Shown in pieces: positions 13,548 through 26,134 of a stretch of DNA of 64,000 bases. Source of the DNA: Octopus sinensis (Eukaryota); assembly GCF_006345805.1 (NCBI RefSeq), contig NC_043000.1:110112001-110176000 (forward strand), written 5' to 3'. The first letter of the stretch is position 1; each line of letters opens with the position of its first letter. Made by a program: the position numbers and the translations under genes. The notes below the pieces were generated by a model, which saw only the letters and a program-made list of their open reading frames with translations, did not search any database and was not told the DNA's origin.

Positions 13548-15371
13548 TTAACCAAGCCTCCAAAAATTCACTACATACTTACAAACATGCATGCATATAC
13601 ACACATAGATGACATAAGAACATTCTCTTCCCCATTCAACTCCAGATTTTTTCCATCTAACATATATACATGTATATAAAAAGGCGTAAATTTCCTGTAA
13701 AATCAATTCTGATGATTCTCCAAAACGAGACGAAAGACTAAATAAATAATTCTCACTACTTCCTATTTCTTAATATATAAAATCTGTACACCACTTCAAA
13801 CAATCTACACACACATACACTTAATTTGCAAAACACTTTCCAGAGAAACAAGTGAGGAAGGGGCCTGAGTTACAAAAGAACGAGAATTACTTTTGCTTTA
13901 ATTACCCTTTCGCCTAAATATTTGCTTTCATGAGCAACAGGCTTGCAACTAATTCTTAGCTCTGATCCCAAATCTTAAGTGGATTTGAAACAAGATCTTT
14001 TGTTATGGTATTGGGCTTGCAAGATTCTTAATGTGAACTCGTGTGTTGGAACAGATTTTGTTGTCTCTTGGGAGGGTCATTATGCCAACAATAAACCCAA
14101 GCACTGGTTAGGTTTCACTATTATTATTATTAGTCAGTTCGTTAGCATTTAATCAAATAACTGACTGTTTGATTAGTCATCACTCAATCAGCAAGGTTTG
14201 CTTGAAGCAGACACGGAATACAGAGGGAATACCACTGATGTGATCCTAAATGGTGACAAAAGGACTTTCAAACCTGATTGACATAATGACCCTTCCAAAA
14301 CAAACAAAATCCCTATTCAAGAAGAAACTTGTCTAACACACAAAAATCCATTTCCTTACGTTCCCAGAAAAACATGGCTGCTTCTCACCACTTCAACCAT
14401 TTTGACTCCAATCTACCCATGAACGCCCCTGGTACAATGATACAAACTTCTTATTTTAAAGTGATTTAAATAAATGCTTCTATCGAAATTTCATTTTCTG
14501 TTCAAAACACCAGGAAAACACCCTAATAATCTTTTCTACTCTAGGCACAAGGCCTGAAATTTTGGGGGAGGGTTCAGTCGATTAGATTGACTCCAGTACG
14601 CAACTGGTACTTAATTTATCGCCCCCGAAAGGATGAAAGGCAAAGTTGACCTTGGTTGAATTTGAACTCAGAACATAAAGACAGATGAACACCAGCTTAA
14701 CAATGAAGAAGTCATATTACCAGATTCTTCATTACCAAAATTAATTGAAACAAAGGCAGAGCATTTCAACAGACAAATGGTAACAAAAGGATGAAGATAA
14801 ATCGTAGAATTTGTCGAACCCTATTCCTACAGTCAAAGATATTCCAACCATGACCCTCTTGTTTATTTTTTTTGTTAGGAGTGTCAAAGTTCCCATTATT
14901 TAATTTGTCCTTTCAGTTGCAAGACAAAGTTGGCGGCGGTGGCAGGGGGTGGGCGGGTGAGTGTATTTGGTTGCTATTTCTGGCAAGCCAAGCAACTACA
15001 CACACACACATGGCTGCTCCTGCATTGCTTTTGGAGTATTTGGCAGAATGGAATGCCAAAAGTGAGATTCACACAAAACATCCAAGAGATTTTTAAATAC
15101 CTTATCCATCCAATTCATCTCCAGCACCACAGAAAACAAAATGTCAGCAACAACAACAACAACAGCAGCAGCCGCCATAAAGCCAAGATGCTTTGACATG
15201 CTTTCACATTCTCTCACACATTTTAGATATCAACAAAGCCTACTTTCCTCTCTCTCTCCCTCCCTCTTTCCCCCTCTCTCACTAGTTCTTTCTCTCTGTC
15301 TCTACTTCATTCTCTTCTTCTCTCCTTTCTTCTTTCTCTCATGGCAGAGAACATAAAATATCTGTTTAATC

Positions 15372-15755
15372 AATCTTACATATCTTTTATCTGTTTCAGT
15401 CATTAGACTGTGGCCATGCTGGTGCACCGCCTTGAATATTTTGTCAAATGAATTGACCCCAGTCCTTTTTTTTAAAGCCCGATACTAATTCTATCGGTCT
15501 TTTTTGCCAAACTGCTAAGTTATTAGTTGTCAAGCGGTGGCAGTGGGAAAAACAGACACAAAGACACAGATATTCACATGTGTGTGTGTGTGTTGCGGGC
15601 TTCTTTCAGTTTCTGTCTACCAAATCCACTCACAAGGCTTTGGTTGGTCCAAGGTTATAGTAGAAGATACTTGCCCAAAGTGTCATGCAGTGGTACAGAC
15701 CCCAGAACCATGTAGTTGGGAAGCAAACTACATACCACGCAGTCACACCTGCGCT
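15372..15755 (-). mobile_element. tRNA-headed CORE-type SINE (octopus OR-like), near full length
   Basis: Head with GGTTC...CCCACTG, CORE-like TTGGGCAAGT, central (TG)n, tail TGACTGAAACA; the OR name is from recall, not a search. Confidence 0.8.
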
Positions 15756-15785
15756 TTATATATATATATATATATAAAATGGAAA

Positions 15786-16342
15786 AAACCCACAGATTAA
15801 CCAACACATCGACTGGACCACATTTATAGCTTATTTTTTTAATACAAAGCATGACATAACAAAATAGGTGACGTAACCTATCTTATGACCATTTCCAATC
15901 AGTTGTCAAAATGCTGTCTGTAAATAAATGCAAGAACAAAGTTCTTCATCTTCATAGGGCATTCAAATTAAAACAACAGAGCTTCATCGGAGTAAGAAAC
16001 AAGAGCATACAGTATAAACGAAAGGCCCCTTGATGGTAAATCATTTGCTCTTAACATATTCTAGACTATTTGTCTAAGCCATGTTTTCTTTCCTTTTCTT
16101 TCCTCCCTTCGTTTATATTGTATGCTCTTGTTTTTTACTCTGATGAAGATCCGTTGCCTTAATTCGAATGCCCTATGAAGAGGGAGAACTTTATTCTCGC
16201 ATTTATTTATAGACAGCATTTTGGCAACTGATCGGAAATGGTCGTAAGATATATTATGGCACCTATTTTGTTATGCCATGCTTTGTATTAAAAAATAAGC
16301 TGGAAATGTGGTCCAGTTGATGTGTTTATTAATCTGAGGTTT
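15786..16342. repeat. Inverted repeat, two arms of about 240 bp (15786-16025, 16106-16342), Penelope-like
   Basis: Arms are diverged reverse complements with an 80-bp spacer; the right arm has CTGATGA(16140)...GAAA(16235). Confidence 0.85.
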
Positions 16343-18584
16343 TCTCCATTTTCTAATTATTTGCGTTGGTTCCTGATAAACTCTTGTTTATCGTGTTGTT
16401 AACTGTACTCCACATGCATAGTGTGCCTGCACATCAATGCCTGGTGATAATGAAGGTTACTGATACCAATAGTATATATCGATATTTTATCCCTTCGTTA
16501 TTATAACTGTTAACTCTGTTTGCACTATATATATATATATATATATATATACATACACACACACACAAAAGGAAATAATTAAAATTTTTATCAACCCCAA
16601 CAAAGGAGGTGAAACATAGTTGACCGCAGAAGAATTTGAACTCAGAATAGAGTGAATAGGAAGAAATACTGCAAAGCATTTTTCGACACTGCTCTAATAA
16701 TTGTGCCAGCACACTGTCTTTGGTTTCAAATTTTGGCAGAAGGCAAGAAATAGAAGGGGTTTGGTCAATTACATCAACCCCCAGGGTTTAATAAGTGTTT
16801 ATTCTATTGACTGACTGTGAAAGACCATAAAGAGCCGGAAGAAAAGCCACTAAACATTTTGTCCAGCATGCTAAGGGATTCAGCCAGCTGACTGCTTTAG
16901 GAAATAACCATAGCAGATGAATAGAAAGAATCTAATAAAGAGAGGAGTGGTCACAAGTTATTGTGGGTTAACAAAACAGAACAGCAGGAATGGTTTGCAG
17001 ATTGGATGGAGTGGTTGCCATTGTTTGTCTTTTATTGCAGTCAGTTTCTACATGACAGCATTCCGCTGAAGCTGACATCTGTTTGGCGTTACCATAATGC
17101 CTGACAAGCTTGTCCTTACCTACCAGTTCCCAGCCATGTGCCAATGTCAGAAATCAATATTTACATAATAAGAATAATGTAGCATTGGCAGGCGCTGGAG
17201 AGCAGCATGTGCTACATGTTGCATAGGCAATGTTGTTGTTGTTGTTGCTGATGGCCACATGTATTCAAAGGGATTCCAGTTGCAACCAACATGTCTTTAT
17301 TCTTTTCTCTCAACCACATTTAATGTGGCTTCTCACTTTCTTTTTAAGTCAAGTGTGTGCGAGTGCATGTGTGTGTGTGTGTGTGTGTAGTGGAAGCAAG
17401 AGGAGAATTGAAGGTGATTTGACTGCTTTTTCTAGCAGGTTGAATGATTTATTCATTTTATGTCTGTTTCTCCCTGCTAGCATGTATCAGATGAATACAT
17501 ACATGTTGAGGCACTGTTTTGCCCTTCCCTGCCACTGACCCTTAACTGTTCAAGTAAGTCAGGGGTGGTGATGGGGGTGTCATTCTACTCGTCTTTAAAA
17601 GCACAAAATTATTAGATAATTGGCTGGCTGGGTTAATTACAGGACAATATTATCAATGACTCAGCAATTTTTTGTGTAATCACAGAATGTAAACATATAC
17701 AGACATGCACAACACACACACATGGGTGCAGGTGTGGCTGTGTGGTTAAGAAGCTTACTTCCTAACCATATGGTTCTGAGTTCAGTCCCACCGCATGACA
17801 CCTCTACTATAGCCACACCCTAACATCATCTTGTGAGTGGAATTGGGGGATGAAAACTGGAAGAAATATGTTGTGTGTGCACACATCCTTATCTAGACAT
17901 CTAGAGATGGCTGTAAACGAGGATCCCACCGGACAAGTAATATTGTTCATTGCCAATCTTCTGAGGAAGGGGGGGGGGGTTATTACTTTACTCAGAAACC
18001 ATTGAGTGCTGGTAACAAGAAGGGCAAGGGAAAATCTGCCCCAACAAATTCCATCTAACCCATGCAGACATGAAAAAGTAGATGTAAAATGATGGACAAA
18101 CACACACACACAGAGTCTGGCCTTTATGCAGTTTCAGTTGACCAAATTCAATCACAAGATTTTGATCAGCCGAGGACAATAGAACACACATCACATTTTC
18201 CCAAGGAGCTGTGCACTGGGATTGAAACCAAAACCATTTGGCTGTGAAATAATTTCTTAAATACACAGTATTGCCACTACCCCAACTGCATTGTGATTTT
18301 GCGTCCTGATAGAGGATGCAACGTAATTCTACTTATCATTTTCCACAGGGCCTTATGTCTAATCCAAGTAAATCAAAATAAGTATGAGAAGTGGTCAAAC
18401 AACAGTGGCCGCATAGTTAGACTGACCAATGTAACATCATGTCTATGTTGAATTTAACTCTATTCATCAGTTATAGTCCACTTTCTCAGGTGAGTTAGGT
18501 GTGGTGCTAGTAATCTGTGCCATAATCTACAAAGCTCTTCCTTTAACAGTATCCACACCACTGAGTCGTATAAGCATCCCTTAC

Positions 18585-18658
18585 CTATAGCTATGAAGTC
18601 CCAGTGGCCCTTGAATGCTTCTATGCATCTTTAAACCGTCCTCCATGAGAATTCATGG
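18585..18658 (-). CDS. Candidate exon, possibly containing a start codon (MEDGLKMHRSIQGPLGLHSY...)
   Basis: Acceptor ctgttattatttatag, donor ATAG|gtaagg; stops in all frames from the acceptor, but an ATG-initiated frame is open to the donor. Confidence 0.3.
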
Positions 18659-18799
18659 CTATAAATAATAACAGATGCCTCAATGCGTCTGGGGCATGAA
18701 TAACGTTAATCACAAATGTGAGCTTCAATGAGTTTTGTGAATGAATGGATGAGGGAGATGATGATGACGACGATGTGGATTGAGATGATATGTAGGAAT

Positions 18800-19490
18800 A
18801 ATATAGGAGATTCGAGGCCAGGAGGTCAAATGTTGGCATGGCACTCATTCATTTGTATTTGGACATTCTTACACAAGAACTGGGTGATGAAAATATATTT
18901 AAAACTAAACAAAATTTACTCCAGCAAGTAAGCGGACAGTTAAAGGATGATGATGATGATGATGATATATATATATATATATATATACACACTGTGCTTG
19001 AGGAGACCTATTGAATCAAGTACATCAACATCAAAAATCAAATGGAAATTGTAGTTGTGATCCCTGTGCTAGTGGCAAGTAAAAAGCACCATCCGAACGT
19101 GGCCGTTACCAGCGCCACCTTGACTGGCTTCTGTGCTGGTGGCACGTAAAAAGCATCAACCGATTCTGGCCACTGCCAGTGGCACATAAAAAGCACCCAC
19201 TACACTTACGGAGTGGTTGGCGTTAGGAAGGGCATCCAGCTGTAGAAACACTGCCATATCAGACTAGAGCCTGGTGCAGCCTCCTGGCTTCCCAGATCCC
19301 GGTCAAACCGTCCAACCCATGCTAGCATGGAAGGTGGACGTTAAACAATGATGATGATGAATATAGGAGATTCGAGGCCAGGAAGTCAAATGTTGGCATG
19401 CCACTCATTCATTTGTATTTGGACAGTCTTACACAAGAACCTGGTGATGAAAATATAAATATTTAAAACTAAACAAAATTTACTCCAGCA
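18800..19490 (+). mobile_element. RTE 3'-UTR insertion (about 18927-19359) flanked by a direct duplication of about 130 bp
   Basis: 18800-18926 recurs at 19360-19490, directly after the (GAT)n tail. Confidence 0.8.
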
Positions 19491-19889
19491 GTTCATGTAA
19501 ATAACCAAATATGAAGACAAGCTGTAACAAGATGCATCTACCCTGCCTCCCCGATATCTATCCACATATATATAATGTACATATGGACACACAAACATAA
19601 AAATCCAGTGCAGGCAACTGAAAGAGCATATAATTACACTTGCCATTTGTGTAGACACACTGACACATTGCTGTGGAATTGTCTGAGATAAAATCTCTTC
19701 TTCATAGAAATTTTGTGTCAAAAACAAAATATAAATCAGAATGAGACAAACATAGTCTCACTGCAGGAACACACGAAAATGCCACATGTGGTTGAAGTAA
19801 AAGAAATAGCAGTTGAGTTCTGGCATCAAATATCATTTCAGGCTTTGTAGAAAGAGTAGGAGTAGAACAATTATTTATTATTATTATTA

Positions 19890-20790
19890 TTTCTAATTTG
19901 GGTAGAAGACCAGTAATTCTGAGGAGCAGGGAAAGTCGATTATATCAACCCCAGTAACTGACTGGTAATTTATGTTATTGGCCCTGGAGAGATGAAAGGC
20001 AAAGCTAATCTCAGCAATATCTGAACTCAGAACATGCCACTAAGCCTGTTTGCTGCCATCATCATCATCATCATTATTATTATTATCATTATTATTAAGG
20101 CAGTGAGCAGGCAGAACAAAATGCTGGACAAAATGCTTAGTGGCATTTTGTCTGTTTTTACATTCTGAGTTCAAATTCTACCGAGGTCGATTTTGCTTTT
20201 CATCCTTTCGGGATCAATTAAATAAGTACCAGTGAAACACTGGGGTCTATCTAATCGATTTACCCCCTCCCAACAAATTTCAGGCCTTGTGCCTATAGTA
20301 GACAGGATCATCATCATCACCATTATTATTATTACTATTAAGGTGGTAAGCTGGCAGAATTGTGAGCATGCCAAGCAAAATGCTTAGTGGTATTTTGTCT
20401 GCTGCTACGTTCCGAGTTCAAATTGCCTTTCATCCTTTCAGGGGTGATAAATTAAGTACCAGTTATGCACTGGGGTCGATGTAATCAACTAGTCCCCTCC
20501 CCCCAAATTTCAGGCTTTGTGCTTTTAGTAGAAAGGATTATCATCATCATTACTACTACTACTACTACTACTACTACTCAAACAGGCAGAATTGTATGCA
20601 CATCAGACAAAATGTTTTGCAACATTTTGTCTGTCTTTATGTCCAGGACTCAAATTCTACTGTGGTTGACTTAGCCTTTCATCTGGTCAAAATTGATAAA
20701 ATAAGTCCCAGTTGAACACTGGGGGGGGGGGTATAATCAATTAGCCCCCTTCTCCCAACATTTCAAGTCCTGAACCTTCAGTAGGAAGAA
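19890..20790. mobile_element. Cluster of four family B SINEs separated by (ATT)/(CAT)/(ACT) tracts
   Basis: One minus copy (19890-20040), then three plus copies starting at about 20097, 20340 and 20580. Confidence 0.8.
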
Positions 20791-21164
20791 TCATTATTAT
20801 TATTATTATTATTATCATTATTATTGTTGTTGTACATTATTATTAATGTAATTAATAAGTACATTTCGGTTAATATTTAATGTTTTATTTTTTATTTTTT
20901 GAAGACTGTCAAACAATGTTGTGGTTGTTGCTAATCAGTTCTGGTGTTGTTGAGGTTTTCCTTTCGTCCATCTGAAGATTAATGGGACGAAGACCAACTT
21001 AACAGTTGCAGCATCTCACTCCGTTGACAAGAACCTAAACCGAATTTATCGGAATACCCTTGTCACCACCTGGGTGCGGATTAAATAGGCTGGTGAGAGA
21101 ATGGTGAAGAACAGGAGTGAAAGACAAAATGGCACGTTTGACTGATGAAAAACTAGTACTGACT

Positions 21165-21745
21165 TCTGGTGGTGAATTGATGCAGATAGTAGTGATACTG
21201 GAGAACTACTGCCAGCTGTGGTGGTGGTGGAATAGTGAAGAATGGTGCAGTCTGTGGTGGTGGCGGAGATTTACTGCAAATTGTTGTGATGATGATAGAA
21301 AAAGATCTGTGAAGATGGTGGCGGGGATGGTGGAGGCAGGGTTGGAATGGTGAAGAATTTGTGTGAACTGTAGTGGTGGTGGTGGTGGAGATTTAATGAA
21401 AATGGTGGTGAAGAATTACTGCATGCTGTGGTGGTGGTGGTGAGAAAGTAGTGCAGGCAGTAGTTATGGTGGTGGTGGTGGTGCTGCTGATGAAGAACTA
21501 GTGCAGCTGTGATGGCATTGATGCTGAAGAACTGATGCAGGCTGTGATGTTGGCGTTTGTGAAGAATTAGTGCAGCCGTGGTGATTTGTGTTGAAAACCT
21601 GATGATGATGATAATGATGATGGTGGTGGTGGTGGTAAAGAATTTGTGCAGGCTGTAGTTGTAGTGGTGGTGGTGGGGAGCAATTAATAGAAACAATGAG
21701 GTTGGCAGGAGTGGTGTGAGGTTAAAGAATTAGTGCAGACTGAAA
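21165..21745. repeat. Degenerate minisatellite GGTGAAGAA(T/C)TAGTGCAG(G)CTGT-(GGT)n
   Basis: About a dozen imperfect units visible by eye; no frame stays in register with the unit. Confidence 0.7.
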
Positions 21746-22269
21746 TAATGGCTGTGAGGAGAGAGAGGGGGAGAGAAAGAGAAAGAGAGAGAGAGAGCCT
21801 AGGCTAGGATAGGATGATAAGTGAGTGCAGTGAGGGAGTTTTAGCTGTGCTTAAGCTCACCTTTACATGCTTGCACTCATCATTGCAGTGTGTCAGTAAA
21901 CGTTACAGGTCATGAATCATTCATCTTTCAAAGCAGAAACACACACACACGGCCTTACCACAGAAGGGAAGACCAACTTTAGACACGACGTTTCTCAAAT
22001 GCCAAAACCTTCAAATAAAAGTTAAAAACTCAGGCTGACGATGGCATAATTATATCTTACTAGAGGTGAAATGACTGAGTAAATAAAATATTCAACTGCC
22101 AACTTATAGATCAAGAGTTCAAATCTGTTGCTGGCTTGCTGTCATTACATTGAGTTTTATGGCTGAATATTTTATTTCATTATAGCAAAGACCTGGATGT
22201 GTGTTAACAAGTTTACTTCCTGACCACATGATGCCCTTAACGATGCTCGGCTTATTTTATATGGGAATC

Positions 22270-22480
22270 AGACACACTGAATAGAGCCCAGTGGAGAAGC
22301 TCATTCTATAAAACCATCCCTGACTTTGAGGCAGACAGGATCACCCTCTGATCCCGCACAGAGCCAAGTTCACCACCCAACAACTCCCACTCCACCCCAT
22401 GAAGGAGCCCACTATTGCAGTGTCTGTAACCAGATCTGCAAATCGTAGATAGGCCTAAATTCCTGCATAAGGTGACATGA
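22270..22480 (+). mobile_element. RTE/BovB-like C-terminal zinc-finger remnant
   Basis: HYCSVCNQICKS*IGLNSCIR*H resembles the CxxC...SRIGLxSHxRxH end of RTE ORFs. Confidence 0.5.
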
Positions 22481-23593
22481 CAAAACATCAAAATAAGAAA
22501 ACCGTGCAGTTATGTCTGGCTGAAGCTTCATTCATTCAAGTGATAAGAGAACCCCTCTCTCTCCTTAAATAGCAGGGCTTTATGTAGTCATAGCTGACCA
22601 TGGATTGCTGCACCTGGTTAAGTTCCTCTCTGAGCCACAGGCCTTGGAAAGCTGGAAGATCAGTAGCTGCTGATACATGCAACCCTTTTCTCTGTACGCT
22701 ACTGGTCATGTCCAAAGGAACAGCATGGCTAACACAGCAGCAGGGTCACTGCAGCTATTTATATCCAAATGCAAAGAGCTGCAACAGGAACCCTAAGGTT
22801 TCTGATCTGATTCCTTAACAGTTACAACTGCCTTTGATCAGCATTTTTCATCGACCCTGAAATGGTAAAATGCCAAGATGACCTCGGTGACATCTGAACA
22901 TAGAACTGGAGAGAGAAAAAAACCCAAAAAAACTGCAAGGTATTCTGTCTCACCTTAATGACTCTGCTACCTCACCTAGATTTTCAGTGAATGCATGAAA
23001 ACATATCTAGACAGACACACCTCTTTCTCTCTCTCTTTACATACACATACATATATTTCAGAGTTGTACTTGTCAGGCAGGTAAGTTACTGTGAGGCTGT
23101 ATATTGAAATGGAAACAACTTCATTGCGAAAGAGTCATTTATTAGTACACAAAGCAGTTAAATTCATTAGAAACTTAAATTTATTTCATGAAGCATCAAA
23201 ATTTTTGTCATTTAACAAAAGTTTTGTGTTATTAAATGGCTCTTCTACAAGATAGTAGCTATATATCATCATACACATGAGTCTAGGACATTCCCCAACC
23301 CGCCCATAGACAATAATATCCCCAAGGACAATTAGCCTTCAGAACAACAGATGATGATTTAAAACCTCTTAATATATTGGAGATGGGGGTAATTAACCAA
23401 GGGGGGGGGGGGTAATTGTTCTGATACGATATATATATATCTGGTTCGCCAGTCCTCAGTCAAATTGTCCAACCCATGTTAGCATGGAAAGGAGACGTTA
23501 AATGATGATGATGATGATATTGATAGAAATGGTAAGACAACAAAAGAATGAAAGAGACTTTGATATTATGTAAATTGAGGAATTTATCTGTAA

Positions 23594-23811
23594 ATATAAT
23601 ATGTGATAATTATTCGGTAGCCATGATACAACTCCAAGTTTTGGATGTCGAGGTGGAAACCCACACCACCATCTCTTCAGTTATTGGGCCATAAAAAAAA
23701 TGCATTTTTTTGATGGACCGATAACTGAAGAGATGCTGGCGTGGGTTTCCACCCCGACATCCGAAACTTGGAGTTGTATCATGGCTACCGAATAATTGTC
23801 ACATATTATAT
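23594..23811. repeat. Loopless palindrome of about 218 bp centred on ATGCAT, with a hammerhead-like motif
   Basis: Left arm is the diverged reverse complement of the right arm; the right arm has CTGAAGA(23725)-GATG..CATC-C-GAAA(23763). Confidence 0.85.
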
Positions 23812-23829
23812 GTATACATACATACATAC

Positions 23830-23889
<60 letters not shown>

Positions 23890-24415
23890 AGAGAGGGAGA
23901 GAGAGAAATAGATAAGATCTCCCTTTCAACATCACACCCCATAAGTAAAGTCTATCATTTCCCAGTCGTAATTTGTCCCAAGACGCACCACACCTACAGG
24001 TGAAGCTCAAAACAAGAAGAGAATCAGCCAAAACAAAACATTATTAATCTCTATTATGGCATTGAGTACTCTTTCTTCCAACACTAAGAGTGCGCATGTG
24101 TGCGTGTATGCATGCATGCATATGTGTGTGTGTGTGCATGGCTTTGTGGGTATTTGCTTGATTCCCAGAGGTGCATTGTATCCTTGAGCAAGGTACTTTT
24201 TATTCCAGTCCACTCAGATGGTAAAAATGAGTCGTACCTGTAATACAAATGAGCCAGCCTTGTCACAGTCTGTGTCACTGAATGTCTCGCTAAGGGTACA
24301 TATGTCTGTGGAGTACTCAGCCATCTGCATGTTAATTTCATGAGCAGGCTGTTCTGCTGATTAGATCAACTGGAACACTCATCATTATAACCAATAAAGA
24401 GCCAGGCCATATAAG

Positions 24416-24460
<45 letters not shown>

Positions 24461-24467
<7 letters not shown>

Positions 24468-24840
24468 CTGAAGTTGTCTGTGTATGGCAGGTTTGGTAGC
24501 CTTCAACTAACACTATTTCCTCCGAGACCCTGCGGCATAAGTTGACCAAAATTGAGAGTATGATAGAAGAAGGCTTGCTCTTCCTTCCGTAGAAGATAAA
24601 ATTCAAATCGGACCATGTTAACACCAAAATTTATTTACATCAAAAAGGTGCTTTTTTCTATGAAAATCCCTATTTTTTACAATTTTTTCACTGCTGTGTC
24701 GCCATTTTTCTGTGTATTTCAAACAGAAAAATGTTCACTTAAAGAGAATAACAAGCTACATAATGCAAAATTTTTACTTTTCAAAAATTCAAATTCTAAA
24801 GGGTCAAAACAAACCCGAGCAACACCGGGTGATACTGCTA

Positions 24841-24841
<1 letters not shown>
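24461..24841 (+). mobile_element. Non-autonomous Helitron inserted in a (TA)n tract
   Basis: 3' hairpin CCCG(24814)..CGGG(24829) followed by the CTAG terminus at 24838-24841 and then T; (TA)n on both sides. Confidence 0.75.
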
Positions 24842-24886
<45 letters not shown>

Positions 24887-25604
24887 AAACATTGTGTACA
24901 GTGCTCAGGTGCACTACAACTCATCTAAAGTGTATGTATATATATATATATACACACACACACACATTCCCTCAAATGTAAGTGCTCTGCACAAAACTCT
25001 TGACCCATGAATCACTGTTGTAACTTTTCAGTCAACAGTCAATCAAACATGTGCATGTGTGAGTATGGATAGAGAAGCAGAGAGCACTCACTAAAAATAA
25101 TTGTTTGATAGCCACATCAAATTGAAAACTAAATAAATCAAATCTGACCCAGATGTGAAAATTTGTTGTTTTTTATCTTCTACATCCCACTGCAAGATTT
25201 CGATAACCAGCTTGCCCTGCCAACTGGAATTATCGAGATAACAACTATTTGTCTATATAAAACAGCAGCGATTCCATACCAGGGTTGAAGGATTGTGATC
25301 ACCAACCAATGCATGAGAGGGCTTCCACTTGGTGAATAGATTTTTCTAGAAATGATAGCCAGAACTTCTTCAAATCACAGCCGTCAAATTCTCTTGTCAT
25401 AAATAAAGGAAGACACCTAAGATGATGCAGTCTTATGGAAACATGACAAAACATAATATGGACGCAATGGTTGGATTGGCTTTGCTTAGAGATTTGCTTG
25501 AATCAAGACTGACCTTGGGCTACACAACACCACCATTACCACCATCATGTGGTTAACACTTTCAATAATGACAGATTGCTTATACTAAAGCATATATCAT
25601 CATC

Positions 25605-25920
25605 ATCATCATTGTTGTTTAACGTCCATTTTCCATGCTGGTATGGGTTGGATGGTTTGACTGAAGTTTGGAGGGCCAGTGGGCTGCATCAGGCTCCAGT
25701 CTGATCTGGCAGTGTTTCTACAACTGGATGCCCTTCCTAATGCCAACCACTCCGAGAGTGGGTACTTTTTATGTGCCACCAGCACAGGAGCCAGACAGGG
25801 TGAGGGGGCTGGCATTGACCACGTTCGGATGGGGCTTTTTACGTGCCACCAGTACAAGAACCAGTCAGGGGATACTGGCATCAACCATGGATGGTGCTGT
25901 TTATGTGCCACCGGCATGGG
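25605..25920 (-). mobile_element. RTE 3'-UTR copy with about 3 subrepeat units
   Basis: Reverse complement of the GGAAGGGCATCCAG tail, with (CAT)n on the left. Confidence 0.8.
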
Positions 25921-25939
25921 ATATATATATAGTTGAAAT

Positions 25940-26095
25940 TTACAGAAAGACAAAGACAGGCGTATAGACAAGAAGCAGATGTATTAGTCTAATGCTCAGG
26001 AAGGTGAGAAAGTCTTTTACATTTCGAGCTTACGCTCTTCAACTGAAAGGAACACGAGGAAATAAACAGAGAGAGAATAAAAATCTTGTGGAGTT
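25940..26095 (-). mobile_element. Penelope-like terminal repeat fragment with a degenerate hammerhead-like motif
   Basis: Minus strand CUUU-CAGUUGA-A-GAGC-GUAA-GCUC-GAAA-UG-UA-AAAG; paralog at 44338-44530. Confidence 0.5.
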
Positions 26096-26134
26096 AGAGG
26101 TCAATTACATATATATATATATATATGTATATAT

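Noticed and set aside
21271-21696. His/Thr-rich 141-aa ORF
   Set aside because: It is the product of a (GGT)n-based minisatellite; the frame drifts relative to the unit and the other frames have stops
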